From contig JAWODC010000067.1 of assembly GCA_046483495.1 (NCBI GenBank), positions 96,001-160,000 on the forward strand: a DNA stretch of 64,000 bases, given 5' to 3'. Both the position numbers and the translations under genes were made by a program. The notes beneath the pieces were generated by a model. The model made no database searches. It was not told the origin of the DNA and was given only the letters and a program-made list of their open reading frames with translations. The stretch is from Desulfobacterales bacterium (lineage in GTDB: Bacteria > Desulfobacterota > Desulfobacteria > Desulfobacterales > UBA5616). Below are positions 39,184 through 49,879 of the stretch, piece after piece (position 1 is the first letter of the stretch; each line of letters starts with the position of its first letter).

Positions 39184-41487
39184 TTACGACTCCTTGCGGC
39201 CGTTTTCTGTCTTCTCTCGAAAGCCGCATCCCCGTGTACGGCAGATGAGGAAAATGCCGTCTTTTTTGGTTGATTTTTCAAAAAGGATCGATGCACCGCA
39301 ATTGGGGCAGGATTTGGCCACCGGCTTTTCCCATGAGGCAAGCGTACAGTCCGGGTAGCGATTGCAACCGTAGAAAATTTTTCCCCGCTTGGACTGCTTT
39401 TCCATAATTTCTCCCGGGCAGTTCTCCCGGGGACACGGCACCCCTATGGGCGTTCCATGACCGTTGTTCCCCATGGATTGGGTGTGGGTGCATTCCGGAT
39501 ACCCGCTGCACGCTAAAAAATCACCGAATTTACCGTGCCGGATCACCATCGGCCGTCCGCATTTCTCACAGATTTTGTCCGTTACTTCACCGGCGGCCGA
39601 TTTGACAAGTTGAATGTTGCCTTTTTCATCGCGGGCATAATCACGCGTAAATGAGCAGTCGGGATATCCGCTGCAAGCCAGAAACGGGCCGTTCTTCCCG
39701 ACCTTTATATTCAGGGTCTTACCACATTGGGGACATGAAAGCGGAGTCGGGAACCCGACACCTTTTATGCTTTGCATTTCGTTCAGAGCCTTGTCCAACT
39801 CCCGCTTGAATGGATCGTAAAATCGGGAGAGAATTTCAAGGGACTGCGCCTTGTCGGTCTCGATTCGATCCAAATCTTCTTCCATTTTAGCGGTAAAATC
39901 GACATTGATCAGATCAGGGAAGTTTTGAACCAGGAGATCATTGACGATGAATCCCAGTTCACTGGGTCTGAAATACCCTTTTACAAGCTCAACATACCCT
40001 TTATCCCGAATGGTGGATAAAATAGCGGCATACGTGCTCGGCCTGCCGATGCCGTTTTCCTCCAATTCTTTCACCAGTGATGCTTCCGAAAACCGTGGGG
40101 GGGGAAGGGTGAAATGCTGTTTGGGTTCCAGTTTATCGAGATGCAAGACTTCCTTTTCGGTCAGCTCCGGAAGTTTGGGTTTTTTATCGAAAATACTGCT
40201 TTCGATTTCGTCGTCGGCGCTTTTGTACAGGATCATAAACCCGGGAAACTTAACGGTTGAACCGCTCGCATTAAAGATAAACGAACCGGCTTTAACGGCA
40301 ACTGAAATCTGATCGATTAAGGCCTCTTTCATTTGAGAGGCGGTAAACCTTTCCCATATCAGCCTGTAGAGTGCCAGCTGATCGGCGGAAAGGAAAGCAC
40401 CGATCTTTTCCGGAGAATTTGCCGGCGACGTCGGCCGTATGGCTTCATGCGCATCCTGCGCTTTCTTCTTATTCGGGTAAAACCGGGGCTTGGACAAGGC
40501 GTAATCCGGGCCGAATTTTTCACGAACAAAAGCGATGGCTTCTTCGGCGGCTTCTCTGGAGATCCGGGTGCTGTCCGTCCTCATATAGGTGATTAGACCC
40601 ACGGGGTCCCCAGGCCCCAGATCGATCCCTTCATAGAGCTGCTGGGCCACCATCATGGTTTTTTTGGCGGAAAAACGCAATTTCCGGATGGCCTCCTGCT
40701 GAAGCTTGCTCGTAGTGAACGGCGGCAGCGGGTTTCGTTTTGTCGTCTTTTTGGTGATCTTATCGACTACAAACGGCTTATCGGCGAGTTCATCGATAAT
40801 CGTGTCGGACGCATGCTGATCCGGGATTTTTATTTTTCTGTCGTTTTTTTTAACCAACCGGGCCGTAAAGGCAGGGGGGGTCGTGCTTTGGAGATGTGCC
40901 GTAATCGACCAGTACTCTTCAGGTTCGAATGCCTGAATATCCCGCTCCCTGTCACAGATGATGCGCACAGCGACCGATTGCACCCGGCCGGCGCTCAATC
41001 CTCCCTTTACTTTTCGCCAGAGGAGGGGTGATATCTGATAACCGACAAGACGGTCTAAAATTCTTCGGGCCTGCTGCGCTTCATACTTGTTTCGGTCAAG
41101 CTCGGTCGGTGATGAAATGGCTTCCAGGATGGCCCTCTTGGTAAGTTCGTGAAAAAGGACCCGGTAAAATTTCCTTCCCTTTTCATTCAATACTTCGGCG
41201 GTATGCCAGGCAATGGCTTCGCCTTCCCGATCCGGGTCCGGGGCCAGGTAAATTTCGTCGCTTTCTTTGGCCGCTTTTTTCAAATCAGATATGACTTTGT
41301 TTTTCCCTTGTATGGTTTTATAATGGGGTTTGAAGTCGTGTTCGATATCGATTCCGATTTCTTTCACCGGGAGGTCTTTGATATGTCCAACGGTGGCTGC
41401 CACCTTGTAATCGTTTCCCAGGTACTTTTTCAGTGTTCTTACTTTTGTCGGTGATTCAACAATTACCAGCGGTTTTGCCAATGTCAT
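39184..41487 (-). CDS. topA: DNA topoisomerase I
   Basis: LVIVESPTK, DPDREGEAI, SAGRVQS, ITYMRTDS, GIGRPSTY, three C-terminal zinc ribbons. Confidence 0.98.
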   Translation of the reverse strand: MTLAKPLVIVESPTKVRTLKKYLGNDYKVAATVGHIKDLPVKEIGIDIEHDFKPHYKTIQGKNKVISDLKKAAKESDEIYLAPDPDREGEAIAWHTAEVLNEKGRKFYRVLFHELTKRAILEAISSPTELDRNKYEAQQARRILDRLVGYQISPLLWRKVKGGLSAGRVQSVAVRIICDRERDIQAFEPEEYWSITAHLQSTTPPAFTARLVKKNDRKIKIPDQHASDTIIDELADKPFVVDKITKKTTKRNPLPPFTTSKLQQEAIRKLRFSAKKTMMVAQQLYEGIDLGPGDPVGLITYMRTDSTRISREAAEEAIAFVREKFGPDYALSKPRFYPNKKKAQDAHEAIRPTSPANSPEKIGAFLSADQLALYRLIWERFTASQMKEALIDQISVAVKAGSFIFNASGSTVKFPGFMILYKSADDEIESSIFDKKPKLPELTEKEVLHLDKLEPKQHFTLPPPRFSEASLVKELEENGIGRPSTYAAILSTIRDKGYVELVKGYFRPSELGFIVNDLLVQNFPDLINVDFTAKMEEDLDRIETDKAQSLEILSRFYDPFKRELDKALNEMQSIKGVGFPTPLSCPQCGKTLNIKVGKNGPFLACSGYPDCSFTRDYARDEKGNIQLVKSAAGEVTDKICEKCGRPMVIRHGKFGDFLACSGYPECTHTQSMGNNGHGTPIGVPCPRENCPGEIMEKQSKRGKIFYGCNRYPDCTLASWEKPVAKSCPNCGASILFEKSTKKDGIFLICRTRGCGFREKTENGRKES

Positions 41488-41512
41488 ACCTCCACTCGAT
41501 ACTTTTATGTGG

Positions 41513-42616
41513 TCACACGGAAAGAGAAAAGAATTTCCCGGGGGATTGTGATACGATCCCCAGCATCTCCAAACGCAGCAGAATGCCGGATAGTTTTCCC
41601 GGTTCCAATGCCGTTTTCCGCATGATGTCATCGATATGTGACGGATAATGCCCCATGTGCCGGACAACCTGATGTTCATCCGGGGACAGGGGTTCCGCCA
41701 GGCGATCCATTACCGTGTTTTCAGAAATGGATTTTTCATTTATCCACTGTTCGAATTCTTCCAATATATCGTCAATACCGGCAACCAGCTTGGCCCCCTG
41801 TTTGATCAGGCCATGGGTGCCCGCGCTGTTTTCGGAGTGGATGCTGCCGGGAACGGCAAAAACCTCCCGGTTCTGTTCGGCGGCCAGACGGGCCGTGATC
41901 AGCGAGCCGCTTTTCTCGGTTGCCTCCACCACCACGCACCCCATGGACATACCGCTTATAATCCTGTTTCGAGCCGGAAAATGCCTTGCCTCAGGCCCCG
42001 CGGAAAGTTCAAATTCCGAAAACACAGCGCCGTTTTCTGAAATGGCATGAAACAGCTTTCGGTTTTCCCTCGGATAAATCCGGTCAAATCCGCTTCCCAA
42101 AACGGCCGCTGTTTTTCCGCCGGCCTGAATGGCACCATCATGTGCCGCCGTATCGATTCCCCTTGCCATTCCACTGATGATAACGACGCCCCGTGCGGCC
42201 AGTTCGGAGCACAGGCGTCTTGCGGCGGCCATGCCGTAGGCGGTTGCATTTCGTGAACCCACAACGGCGATCGCGAGGTTTTCCGAGAGGACTTCTGGAG
42301 TTCCAAAAACGTAGAGATAGGGAGGGGGATCGGGTATTTCCAGAAGCAGGCGGGGGTAGTGCGGATCGGTCATCGTCACCAGGTGAATCCCCCTGTCGAT
42401 CACCCTTCGTAGGTAAGCGGTGACGTCGGTTTTCGAATGACGCCGTATAACGGCAAGCGCTGTTTTTTTGCTGATGCCTTCAATTTGGCACAGATCCTCA
42501 TAAGATGCGCCAAAAACCGCTTCGGGAGATCCGAAGCGGTCGATCAAACGCTTGTACAGAAGATTTCCGATTCCGGGAACATGTTTTAATTCGAACCATG
42601 GTATCAGGTGCTTCAT
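41513..42616 (-). CDS. dprA: DNA-protecting protein DprA
   Basis: AVVGSR, SGMARGID, FPARNRIISG, SGSLITA, REVFAVPG; ATGA overlap with secF. Confidence 0.96.
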   Translation of the reverse strand: MKHLIPWFELKHVPGIGNLLYKRLIDRFGSPEAVFGASYEDLCQIEGISKKTALAVIRRHSKTDVTAYLRRVIDRGIHLVTMTDPHYPRLLLEIPDPPPYLYVFGTPEVLSENLAIAVVGSRNATAYGMAAARRLCSELAARGVVIISGMARGIDTAAHDGAIQAGGKTAAVLGSGFDRIYPRENRKLFHAISENGAVFSEFELSAGPEARHFPARNRIISGMSMGCVVVEATEKSGSLITARLAAEQNREVFAVPGSIHSENSAGTHGLIKQGAKLVAGIDDILEEFEQWINEKSISENTVMDRLAEPLSPDEHQVVRHMGHYPSHIDDIMRKTALEPGKLSGILLRLEMLGIVSQSPGKFFSLSV

Positions 42617-43647
42617 GCTTTTTTCCGTTGCCATGCAAGCAATATGGGGCTGGCGACAAAAACAGAAGAATACGTTCCCGCCAGTATGCCGACCAAAAGG
42701 GCAAAGGCGAAGTCATGGATAATGCCGCCGCCGAACATGTACAGCATCAGCACGACCAGCAGCGTGGTAACCGAAGTCAGAATGGTTCGGGACAGGGTTT
42801 CGTTGATGCTTTTGTTAATGGTGCTGTCCAGGGGGTGCCGACGATATTTTCGCAGGTTTTCTCTGATGCGGTCGAAAACGATAATGGTATCGTTCAATGA
42901 ATATCCGATAATCGTCAACAGCGCCGCGATAATGGGCAGCGTGAATTCTTTTCCGAAAATCGAAAACAGTCCGACCGTAATGGTAACATCATGAATAAGG
43001 GCGACGATGGCCCCCATGGCGTACTTTAGTTCCAGAAACCAGAACAGAACAAGTGTGACAACCAAAGCCGCTGCAATTAAAAAGGCGATACCCACGTCGA
43101 ACAAGGAGAGCAGGTAAACCGCCCCCATCAACGCGGCCGCCATTAGGCCGCTGATCATCCATTTGAATTCGAACCGGCCGGAAATGTAGATGGTGATGAA
43201 TAAAAGAGCGAAAAACAGGGCGAGAAGGGCTTTTTCCTGCAGGTCTTTGCCCACTTGGGGACCGACCATTTCCAACCTGCGAATCTCAACGGCCGTACCG
43301 GTTGCATTCATGAGCGCCTTTTCCAGCACGGACGAAAAATTTTCACCGGTTTCCCGGGGCGCATCGGTGCGGATCAGGTACTCTGATTGTGCCTGTTCGC
43401 CGAAATGCTGCACCGAAAAACTTGCCAGGCCGATATCCTGCAATCCGGCCTTGATGTTTTCGATACTCACGGGTGTTTCGAACTTAACCTGAATTAGCGT
43501 GCCGCCCGCAAAATCGATGCCGTATTTGGGCCCCTTGTGATAAACCAATGCTGCAATGCTGATCAAAATGAGAACAGTGGAAAAAACATAGGCGATATTT
43601 CGTCTGCCGATAAAGTTTACATTCACACCGGGTTTTATGAATCGCAT
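42613..43647 (-). CDS. secF: Protein translocase subunit SecF
   Basis: GIDFAGG, VGPQVG, HDV, GYSLNDTIIVFDRIREN, GTYSS. Confidence 0.97.
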   Translation of the reverse strand: MRFIKPGVNVNFIGRRNIAYVFSTVLILISIAALVYHKGPKYGIDFAGGTLIQVKFETPVSIENIKAGLQDIGLASFSVQHFGEQAQSEYLIRTDAPRETGENFSSVLEKALMNATGTAVEIRRLEMVGPQVGKDLQEKALLALFFALLFITIYISGRFEFKWMISGLMAAALMGAVYLLSLFDVGIAFLIAAALVVTLVLFWFLELKYAMGAIVALIHDVTITVGLFSIFGKEFTLPIIAALLTIIGYSLNDTIIVFDRIRENLRKYRRHPLDSTINKSINETLSRTILTSVTTLLVVLMLYMFGGGIIHDFAFALLVGILAGTYSSVFVASPILLAWQRKKA

Positions 43648-43675
43648 GTCTGATTCCTTTGGGTTTGTCTGACGG

Positions 43676-45253
43676 CTATATGCTCAGCGCTTTTATTTTT
43701 CGGTTTACCAGTAAGTATTCAAAGATCGATCGGGTGAAAATCAGTGCCGTGAAAAGGCTGGCAACGACGCCCAGGCTCAACGTGACGGCGAATCCCTTTA
43801 CCGGTCCCGTACCGAATTGGAACAAGACCAAAGCGGCGATAAGCGTGGTTACATTTGCATCCAGGATGGTGAGCGTGGCCCGCTCATACCCGTTATCCAC
43901 CGAAGCCAGGGGGGTTTTGCCCAGATCCAACTCTTCCCGGATGCGTTCGAAAATGAGAACGTTTGCATCCACCGCCATACCGATGGTCAAGATGATGCCG
44001 GCAATCCCGGGCAGGGTCAGGGTGGCCTGAAAGGCGGCGAGCCCGGCGGCGATCAGCAGGATATTGAGCGTCAGCGCAACATCCGCGATGACACCCGATC
44101 CTTTGTAGTACACCGCCATGAAAAGCACGACAAAGATGCCGCCGATGATCATGGACAAAAATCCCTTCCGAATGGAATCGCTTCCCAAGGACGGCCCGAC
44201 GGTTCTTTCCTCCAGAATATTCACCGGCGCCGGAAGGGCGCCTGCACGAAGCACAATGGCCAGGTCCGTGGCTTCTTCGTGGGTGAAATTGCCGGTTATG
44301 CGGGCCTCGCCCCCGCTGATTTTTTCCTGGATGACCGGTGCGGAATAGATCCTGTTGTCCAATACAATGGCAAGCCTTTTTCTCACATTTTCTTCGGTGA
44401 TCCGCTCGAAAATTCTGGCGCCTTTCCTGTCGAATTCGATGGCGACATACGGTTCGTTGAACTGGGGGTCGAACTGCACCCTGGCGTCCGTCAGGTGTGC
44501 ACCCGTCAATACCGTTTGTTTTTTAATCAGGTAGGGCCTTTTTGTCGAGCGGCCGGTTTCCGGGTTAACGGCGGTCTCGTATAAAATTTCACTGCCGGGC
44601 GGTGGGGTCCCTTCAAGGGCCTTCTCGACGGAATGGGCTTCATCGACTAATTTGAACTCGAGCAGCGCCGTTTTGCCGATCAGTTCCTTGGCTCTCTGGG
44701 TGTCTCGTATACCGGCAAGCTGGATCAAAATCCGGTTTTCACCCTGTCTTCGAATATCCGGTTCGGTTACTCCGAACTGATCGATTCGGTTGCGGATCGT
44801 TTCCAATGCTTGAGCCACCGACATTTTCCTGATGCGACTGACTTCACTCGCTGGCAGCGCGTATGCAGCGTTTAATACGCCGTTTTCGGTAGCGCTTTCC
44901 ACCTCTCTCAGTTCGGGGAGGCTTTCGTCCATCACGCCGAAAAAATCCTCGATGTTTTCCGAACCGTTGACCGTGACGGAAATTTGGTTCGGGCCGGTTT
45001 TCTCAATGGATGAAAACCCAACCCTTTCCCTCCTGAGTTCGGTTCGGATTTCCTGGGTGACCCGCTCCACAGTGGTTTCCACGGCGGTGTCGGTATCTAC
45101 TTCCAAAACCAGATGCATGCCGCCCTGCAGATCCAGGCCGAGGTTGATATTTTTATGGGGCCACATCGCCGGCTGTATAGTCGGAAGAACATAAACGATA
45201 GCCACGACAACGACAACAGCGATTGAAATCGTTCTCCAAGAAAGTTTTTTCAA
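43676..45253 (-). CDS. secD: Protein translocase subunit SecD
   Basis: LGLDLQGG, IRNRIDQFGVTEP, LRAGALPA, GMAVDANVLIFERIREE; probable TTG start 45253 with RBS. Confidence 0.97.
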   Translation of the reverse strand: MKKLSWRTISIAVVVVVAIVYVLPTIQPAMWPHKNINLGLDLQGGMHLVLEVDTDTAVETTVERVTQEIRTELRRERVGFSSIEKTGPNQISVTVNGSENIEDFFGVMDESLPELREVESATENGVLNAAYALPASEVSRIRKMSVAQALETIRNRIDQFGVTEPDIRRQGENRILIQLAGIRDTQRAKELIGKTALLEFKLVDEAHSVEKALEGTPPPGSEILYETAVNPETGRSTKRPYLIKKQTVLTGAHLTDARVQFDPQFNEPYVAIEFDRKGARIFERITEENVRKRLAIVLDNRIYSAPVIQEKISGGEARITGNFTHEEATDLAIVLRAGALPAPVNILEERTVGPSLGSDSIRKGFLSMIIGGIFVVLFMAVYYKGSGVIADVALTLNILLIAAGLAAFQATLTLPGIAGIILTIGMAVDANVLIFERIREELDLGKTPLASVDNGYERATLTILDANVTTLIAALVLFQFGTGPVKGFAVTLSLGVVASLFTALIFTRSIFEYLLVNRKIKALSI

Positions 45254-45357
45254 GGCCTTGTTCCTTTCACGAATAAACCGCCACATGCCGGCTCGATGGT
45301 GAATGCAGCGGCTTTATTTCCGAATTGATCCGAATGGTCGAGGCGACTTCTTTCCTG

Positions 45358-45714
45358 TTACTTTTTTTCCGGGGCCTTATCATTCGTAACGGGCTGAACC
45401 TTGTCACCGGTTCGGATTACCGAGGCCACATTTCCCCGGGAAATTTTAACGCGAACCTTTTCGGAGATTTCGGCCGTTACGGTCATATCATCCAAGCCGG
45501 TGATCCTGCCGTGCAGACCACCGCTGGTAACGATGCGGTCTCCTCTTTTCAGGCTTCCGATCATTTCACGATGCTCCTTGGCTCTCTTTTGCTGAGGACG
45601 GATCAACAGAAAATAAAAAATAACGAACATGAGGATCAGCGGGATAAAAGCCGTAAAACCCCCGGTCTGACCTCCTGCCCCGCTTTGTCCCATGGCATAC
45701 GCGAGATTTACCAA
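45358..45714 (-). CDS. yajC: Preprotein translocase subunit YajC
   Basis: FYFLLIRPQQKR, GDRIVTSGGLHG; upstream of secD. Confidence 0.97.
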   Translation of the reverse strand: MVNLAYAMGQSGAGGQTGGFTAFIPLILMFVIFYFLLIRPQQKRAKEHREMIGSLKRGDRIVTSGGLHGRITGLDDMTVTAEISEKVRVKISRGNVASVIRTGDKVQPVTNDKAPEKK

Positions 45715-45811
45715 ACCATACCTCCTTTGTTCCGGTGCTTATTCAATGTTGATTCGATGTTGGTTGAGCGGCCTGTAACACGTCCGACGAACCCCCAACC
45801 GGTTACCCGCA

Positions 45812-47107
45812 TTACGCATTGAATACTCGCTCAAAAATGGCGCTGATATACTTCAAATGATGGTTAACGTCAAATATTTCCTCAATTTTTTCACGATCCA
45901 GATAATTTCGGATCGATTCGTCCCTCATCACGAGGGTTTTAAAGTCATCATGATGCTCCCATACCCGCATGGCCAGCACCTGAACCAATCGATAAGCATC
46001 TTCACGGCTTAACCCTGCTTCGGCCAGGGCAAGCAGAATCTGCTGGGAGAATATCAAGCCGTTGAGCCGGCCGAGATTTCTCAGCATATGATCCGGATAC
46101 ACCACGAGATTTTCAATAATGCCGGAAAATCTGTTCAGCATGTAGTTCATCAGTATGGTGGCGTCCGGGGCGATTACCCGTTCTACGGATGAATGACTGA
46201 TGTCACGTTCATGCCAAAGCGGTATATTTTCAAGCGCCGCCGAAGCATATGACCGAACGAGACGGGAAAGTCCGCTCATGTTTTCCGAACCGACGGGATT
46301 TCGTTTGTGGGGCATGGCGGAAGACCCTTTTTGGCCTTTTGAAAAAAATTCCTCGGCTTCCAGGACTTCGGTTCGCTGCAGGTGCCGTATTTCCACTGCC
46401 ATTTTTTCGATGGAAGAAGCGGTTATCGCCAGGGCGGAAAAAAACTCGGCATACCGGTCCCGCTGTATAATTTGTGTGGAAACCGGCGCCGGTTTGAGTC
46501 CGAGTTTTTCGCAAACATAGGCTTCCACCTCCGGCGGAATATTGGCAAACGTTCCCACAGCCCCGGAAATCTTACCGTATCCTATCGAATCCACTGCGTT
46601 TTGAATTCGTTTTTTATTCCGTCTCATTTCGTCGAACCACACCGCCAATTTGAAGCCGAAGGTGATGGGTTCCGCGTGAATGCCGTGTGACCTTCCCACC
46701 ATGACGGTCTCTTTGTGGTCAAAGGCTTTTTTCCTGATCGCTTCCAGGATACGGTCCATGTCCTTTAAGATAATCTGTCCGGCGCGACGCAGAAGATACG
46801 CCATGGCCGTATCCAGCACATCCGAGGAGGTCAAGCCCATATGAATATATCTGGACTCCGGTCCCACCTGTTCGGCAACGGCGGTTAAGAAAGCAATGAC
46901 GTCATGTTTCGTTTCCGTCTCGATTTCCTCTATTCGATCGATCGAAAAATCGGCTTTTCGTTGTATGACGTCAACCGCAGCTTGGGGAATTTTGCCCAAG
47001 TGCGCCATCGCTTCGCATACCAGGATTTCAACCTTCAGCCAGGTCCGGTACTTGTTTTCGTCTGTCCAGATATCCGCCATTTCTTTGCGGCTGTAACGTT
47101 TAATCAT
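45812..47107 (-). CDS. purB: Adenylosuccinate lyase
   Basis: MIKRYSR, HDVIAF, HMGLTSSD, GRSHGIHAEP, GSSAMPHKRNP, WHERDISHSSVER. Confidence 0.97.
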   Translation of the reverse strand: MIKRYSRKEMADIWTDENKYRTWLKVEILVCEAMAHLGKIPQAAVDVIQRKADFSIDRIEEIETETKHDVIAFLTAVAEQVGPESRYIHMGLTSSDVLDTAMAYLLRRAGQIILKDMDRILEAIRKKAFDHKETVMVGRSHGIHAEPITFGFKLAVWFDEMRRNKKRIQNAVDSIGYGKISGAVGTFANIPPEVEAYVCEKLGLKPAPVSTQIIQRDRYAEFFSALAITASSIEKMAVEIRHLQRTEVLEAEEFFSKGQKGSSAMPHKRNPVGSENMSGLSRLVRSYASAALENIPLWHERDISHSSVERVIAPDATILMNYMLNRFSGIIENLVVYPDHMLRNLGRLNGLIFSQQILLALAEAGLSREDAYRLVQVLAMRVWEHHDDFKTLVMRDESIRNYLDREKIEEIFDVNHHLKYISAIFERVFNA

Positions 47108-47171
47108 GTGCAAACGCCTTTCTGATCAACTGTTCGGGTAATGACCTGTTTTCGACCGTATTCGCCATCAC

Positions 47172-47312
47172 TACAAGAGCACAAGGACACGAAGATGCTT
47201 TTTCCCCAAAGCCGCCCATAAATGCAAACCGGCGTCGGCGGGATTCTGCTTCCGCTTGAAACGCCGGCACCGAGCCAAAGGGCTTTTTCTCCGTGAACTC
47301 GTGCTCTTTGTA
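47172..47312. repeat. Long imperfect inverted repeat with nested hairpin upstream of purB
   Basis: TACAAGAGCACAAGGACACGAAGA ... TCTCCGTGAACTCGTGCTCTTTGTA enclosing CCGGCGT...ACGCCGG. Confidence 0.65.
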
Positions 47313-47369
47313 ATTACCGGATTCCGCGGAAAAGGTTGAGCAGGCTTTTCCGGAATACAATCAGAGCCG

Positions 47370-48134
47370 CTATTGTTCGGCCGGGATCCAAAGGGTCTCT
47401 CCGTCGAACTGGATTCGATTTACATTGCCGTAATCGATGCGGTCAAGAAGAGAAAAAATCCGGTCCATATTATAGACGATGATTTTGCTCAAGGGATAGA
47501 TCAAGTCCATCGCCGTATCCATCTTTTTTTCCTTCAGATTGTATACATGAACAATATTTTCGGAAAACTTCAGCACTTTTCCTACGCCTGAACTGTATCC
47601 GCCGTTGGTGGGCTCATCGGCTAAGGGTGAAAGTGTTATGCCTTTTCGCCTGAAATAATCCTGGAGGAAATTGAAATGGATATTCCAGATATTGTCTTCC
47701 GGCTGAACGATGTAAATGCCGTATGTGCCGCCGTATGTCCGGGTGGCCGTTCCGTCGTCCTCCAGAGTGCCTTCTACGATCCTTCCTTCCTTCAGGCGGA
47801 TTTTGTCTATAATTTCCCGCATTGAAACAGTGGTATCGCCGACCTTCAGGGATTCGTCCGGTTTGGCGATGATGTCAATGCCTTCCTTCAGGCCGAATTC
47901 GGCCTTTCGATCGGCCATCATTGCTTTCATCGCCGGGTCGGTCTCGAGTTCGTTGTAATCGATAACCGGTGCGGTTTTCTGCGCCGGCGCCGGCTCCTCC
48001 GTGGTTTGTTTTGTGGCCGGGGCATGCTGCCTATTTGCGAAATAGCCGAAATAAACGGCTATTCCTGCAACCAATACAACGATTACGGCAAAAACCGGTA
48101 GCATTCGGTTTTCTTTTGTGTTCCGCGAATACAT
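47370..48134 (-). CDS. Hypothetical membrane-anchored protein with a LysM-like motif
   Basis: N-terminal TM (VFAVIVVLVAGIAVYFGYF), Pro/Ala linker, YIVQPEDNIWNI; ATG 48134 with RBS GAGGG (the ORF extends to TTG 48191). Confidence 0.7.
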   Translation of the reverse strand: MYSRNTKENRMLPVFAVIVVLVAGIAVYFGYFANRQHAPATKQTTEEPAPAQKTAPVIDYNELETDPAMKAMMADRKAEFGLKEGIDIIAKPDESLKVGDTTVSMREIIDKIRLKEGRIVEGTLEDDGTATRTYGGTYGIYIVQPEDNIWNIHFNFLQDYFRRKGITLSPLADEPTNGGYSSGVGKVLKFSENIVHVYNLKEKKMDTAMDLIYPLSKIIVYNMDRIFSLLDRIDYGNVNRIQFDGETLWIPAEQ

Positions 48135-48415
48135 GACAATTACCCTCAGGTCGCCCGGGGCGACGTTTGAGTCGTTGGTTTTAGTATCCAACCGGAAAAC
48201 GAAAATTCGATTTTTTTCCGGAAGGCTGCTGTTTATTTGTTTCGTATGGAAATGTTAAAAGAATCCGCGGGGAGTGTCAATCCGATAGTTGAATGACAAA
48301 ATGGAAACGAACGAATCGTGTTTCGGGTCTCTTCGATTCCATCGGGAGCGGGCTTGGAATGCGGTATGGATCCACTCGCCTCGGGATTGCCCCGAGCTGC
48401 TAAAAATGCTCGGGT

Positions 48416-49879
48416 TTACTTGTCGCAGATAATTTGGCTGTCCTCCGGAAGCATGCCGTCATCCGATGATAAGGTGATGGTTAAATTTCGTTGCGCTTCC
48501 AGTTCCATGATTTCTTTTCGCTTTTTGTTCAGTACGTAATAGGCCACTTCTGTGGGCAGTATTCCCTTGACGGATTTGAGGTCCCCTTTTAAGGTTTCCA
48601 GACTCAGTTTTCGTAAAAACCGTATCCCCAAGGTTTCCACGGACGGCCGTGTTCCTTTGCCTTTGCAATGGTCACATGTGATATACCCGCCGTATTCAAT
48701 GGAAGGCCGAATACGCTGCCTGGACATTTCGATCAAACCGAAACGTGACAGTTTGCCGATTTTGGTTTTTGCTTTGTCGATTCTTAAATGGTCCCTCAAG
48801 GCTTTTTCGACATTGGTTTTGTGTTTGTTGTCTTTCATATCGATGAAATCGATGACGATAAGCCCCCCAAGGTCCCGAATGCGAAGCTGGCGTGCGATCT
48901 CTTCGGCCGCTTCCAGGTTTGTTTGAAAAGCGGTTTCCTCGATGGATTTTTGTCCCGTGGCCTTTCCCGAATTGACATCGATGGAAACCATAGCCTCGGT
49001 TTGTTCGATCACGATGGAACCACCGGACTTGAGGTTCACACGGTTTTCATACATCGAAGCGATTTGCTGTTCGAGTTGATGCTTGGTAAAAATCGGTTTG
49101 TCGCCGCTGTAGTGTTTGACGACTTTTGTGTGCTTGGGGGAAATAATTTTTATAAATTCTTTTGCTTCCTTGAACTTGGCCGAATCATCGATCAGAATTT
49201 CCGTCACATCCGGTGTGAAATAATCCCGAAGCGATCGAAGGACCAGGCTTCGTTCTTTATGGAGCAGTGCCGGGGCCGATGTTTTCATAACGTCGCCCTT
49301 GATGGTTTTCCACAACCGCAGCAAATACGAAAGGTCTTGGGCAATTGCCGTCTTGGTGGTGTTCGCACCGGCTGTTCTGATGATGACCCCGAAATTCTCG
49401 GGAATTCGCAATGAATTCAATATATCTTTGTGCCGCTTTCGCTCTTCTTCATCTTCGATTTTTCGAGAAACCCCCCGGCTGTCGCCTCCCGGCATGAGGA
49501 CGACAAAGCGTCCGGCAAGGGATATGAACGTGGTAAGCATGGCCCCTTTTTTCATAACCGGATCTTTGGTCACCTGGACCATGAGTTCCTGGCCGCGTTT
49601 TACCATATGTGAAATGGATTGATTGTAGGAAACGTCTTCCTGAAAATAATCACTGTGAATTTCGTTCTTTTGCAAAAATCCGTTTCGCTCGGCGCCGTAA
49701 TCGATGAAAGCGGCCTGGAGACCCGGCTCGATACGGGAGACGATCCCTTTATAAATATTTCCGTGGGTGATCTCTCTGGCGGCACTTTCGATATGAAACT
49801 CCACCAGTTTATTATCTTTGATTTTTGCGATACGGCATTCATCAGGATCGATTGCGTTTATCAGTATTTTTGTTGTCAT
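48416..49879 (-). CDS. Ribonuclease E/G family (short form, catalytic domain only)
   Basis: GNIYKG, LQAAFIDYG, IDVNSG, RQLRIRDLGGLIVIDFIDM, MSRQR, CDHCKG. Confidence 0.95.
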   Translation of the reverse strand: MTTKILINAIDPDECRIAKIKDNKLVEFHIESAAREITHGNIYKGIVSRIEPGLQAAFIDYGAERNGFLQKNEIHSDYFQEDVSYNQSISHMVKRGQELMVQVTKDPVMKKGAMLTTFISLAGRFVVLMPGGDSRGVSRKIEDEEERKRHKDILNSLRIPENFGVIIRTAGANTTKTAIAQDLSYLLRLWKTIKGDVMKTSAPALLHKERSLVLRSLRDYFTPDVTEILIDDSAKFKEAKEFIKIISPKHTKVVKHYSGDKPIFTKHQLEQQIASMYENRVNLKSGGSIVIEQTEAMVSIDVNSGKATGQKSIEETAFQTNLEAAEEIARQLRIRDLGGLIVIDFIDMKDNKHKTNVEKALRDHLRIDKAKTKIGKLSRFGLIEMSRQRIRPSIEYGGYITCDHCKGKGTRPSVETLGIRFLRKLSLETLKGDLKSVKGILPTEVAYYVLNKKRKEIMELEAQRNLTITLSSDDGMLPEDSQIICDK

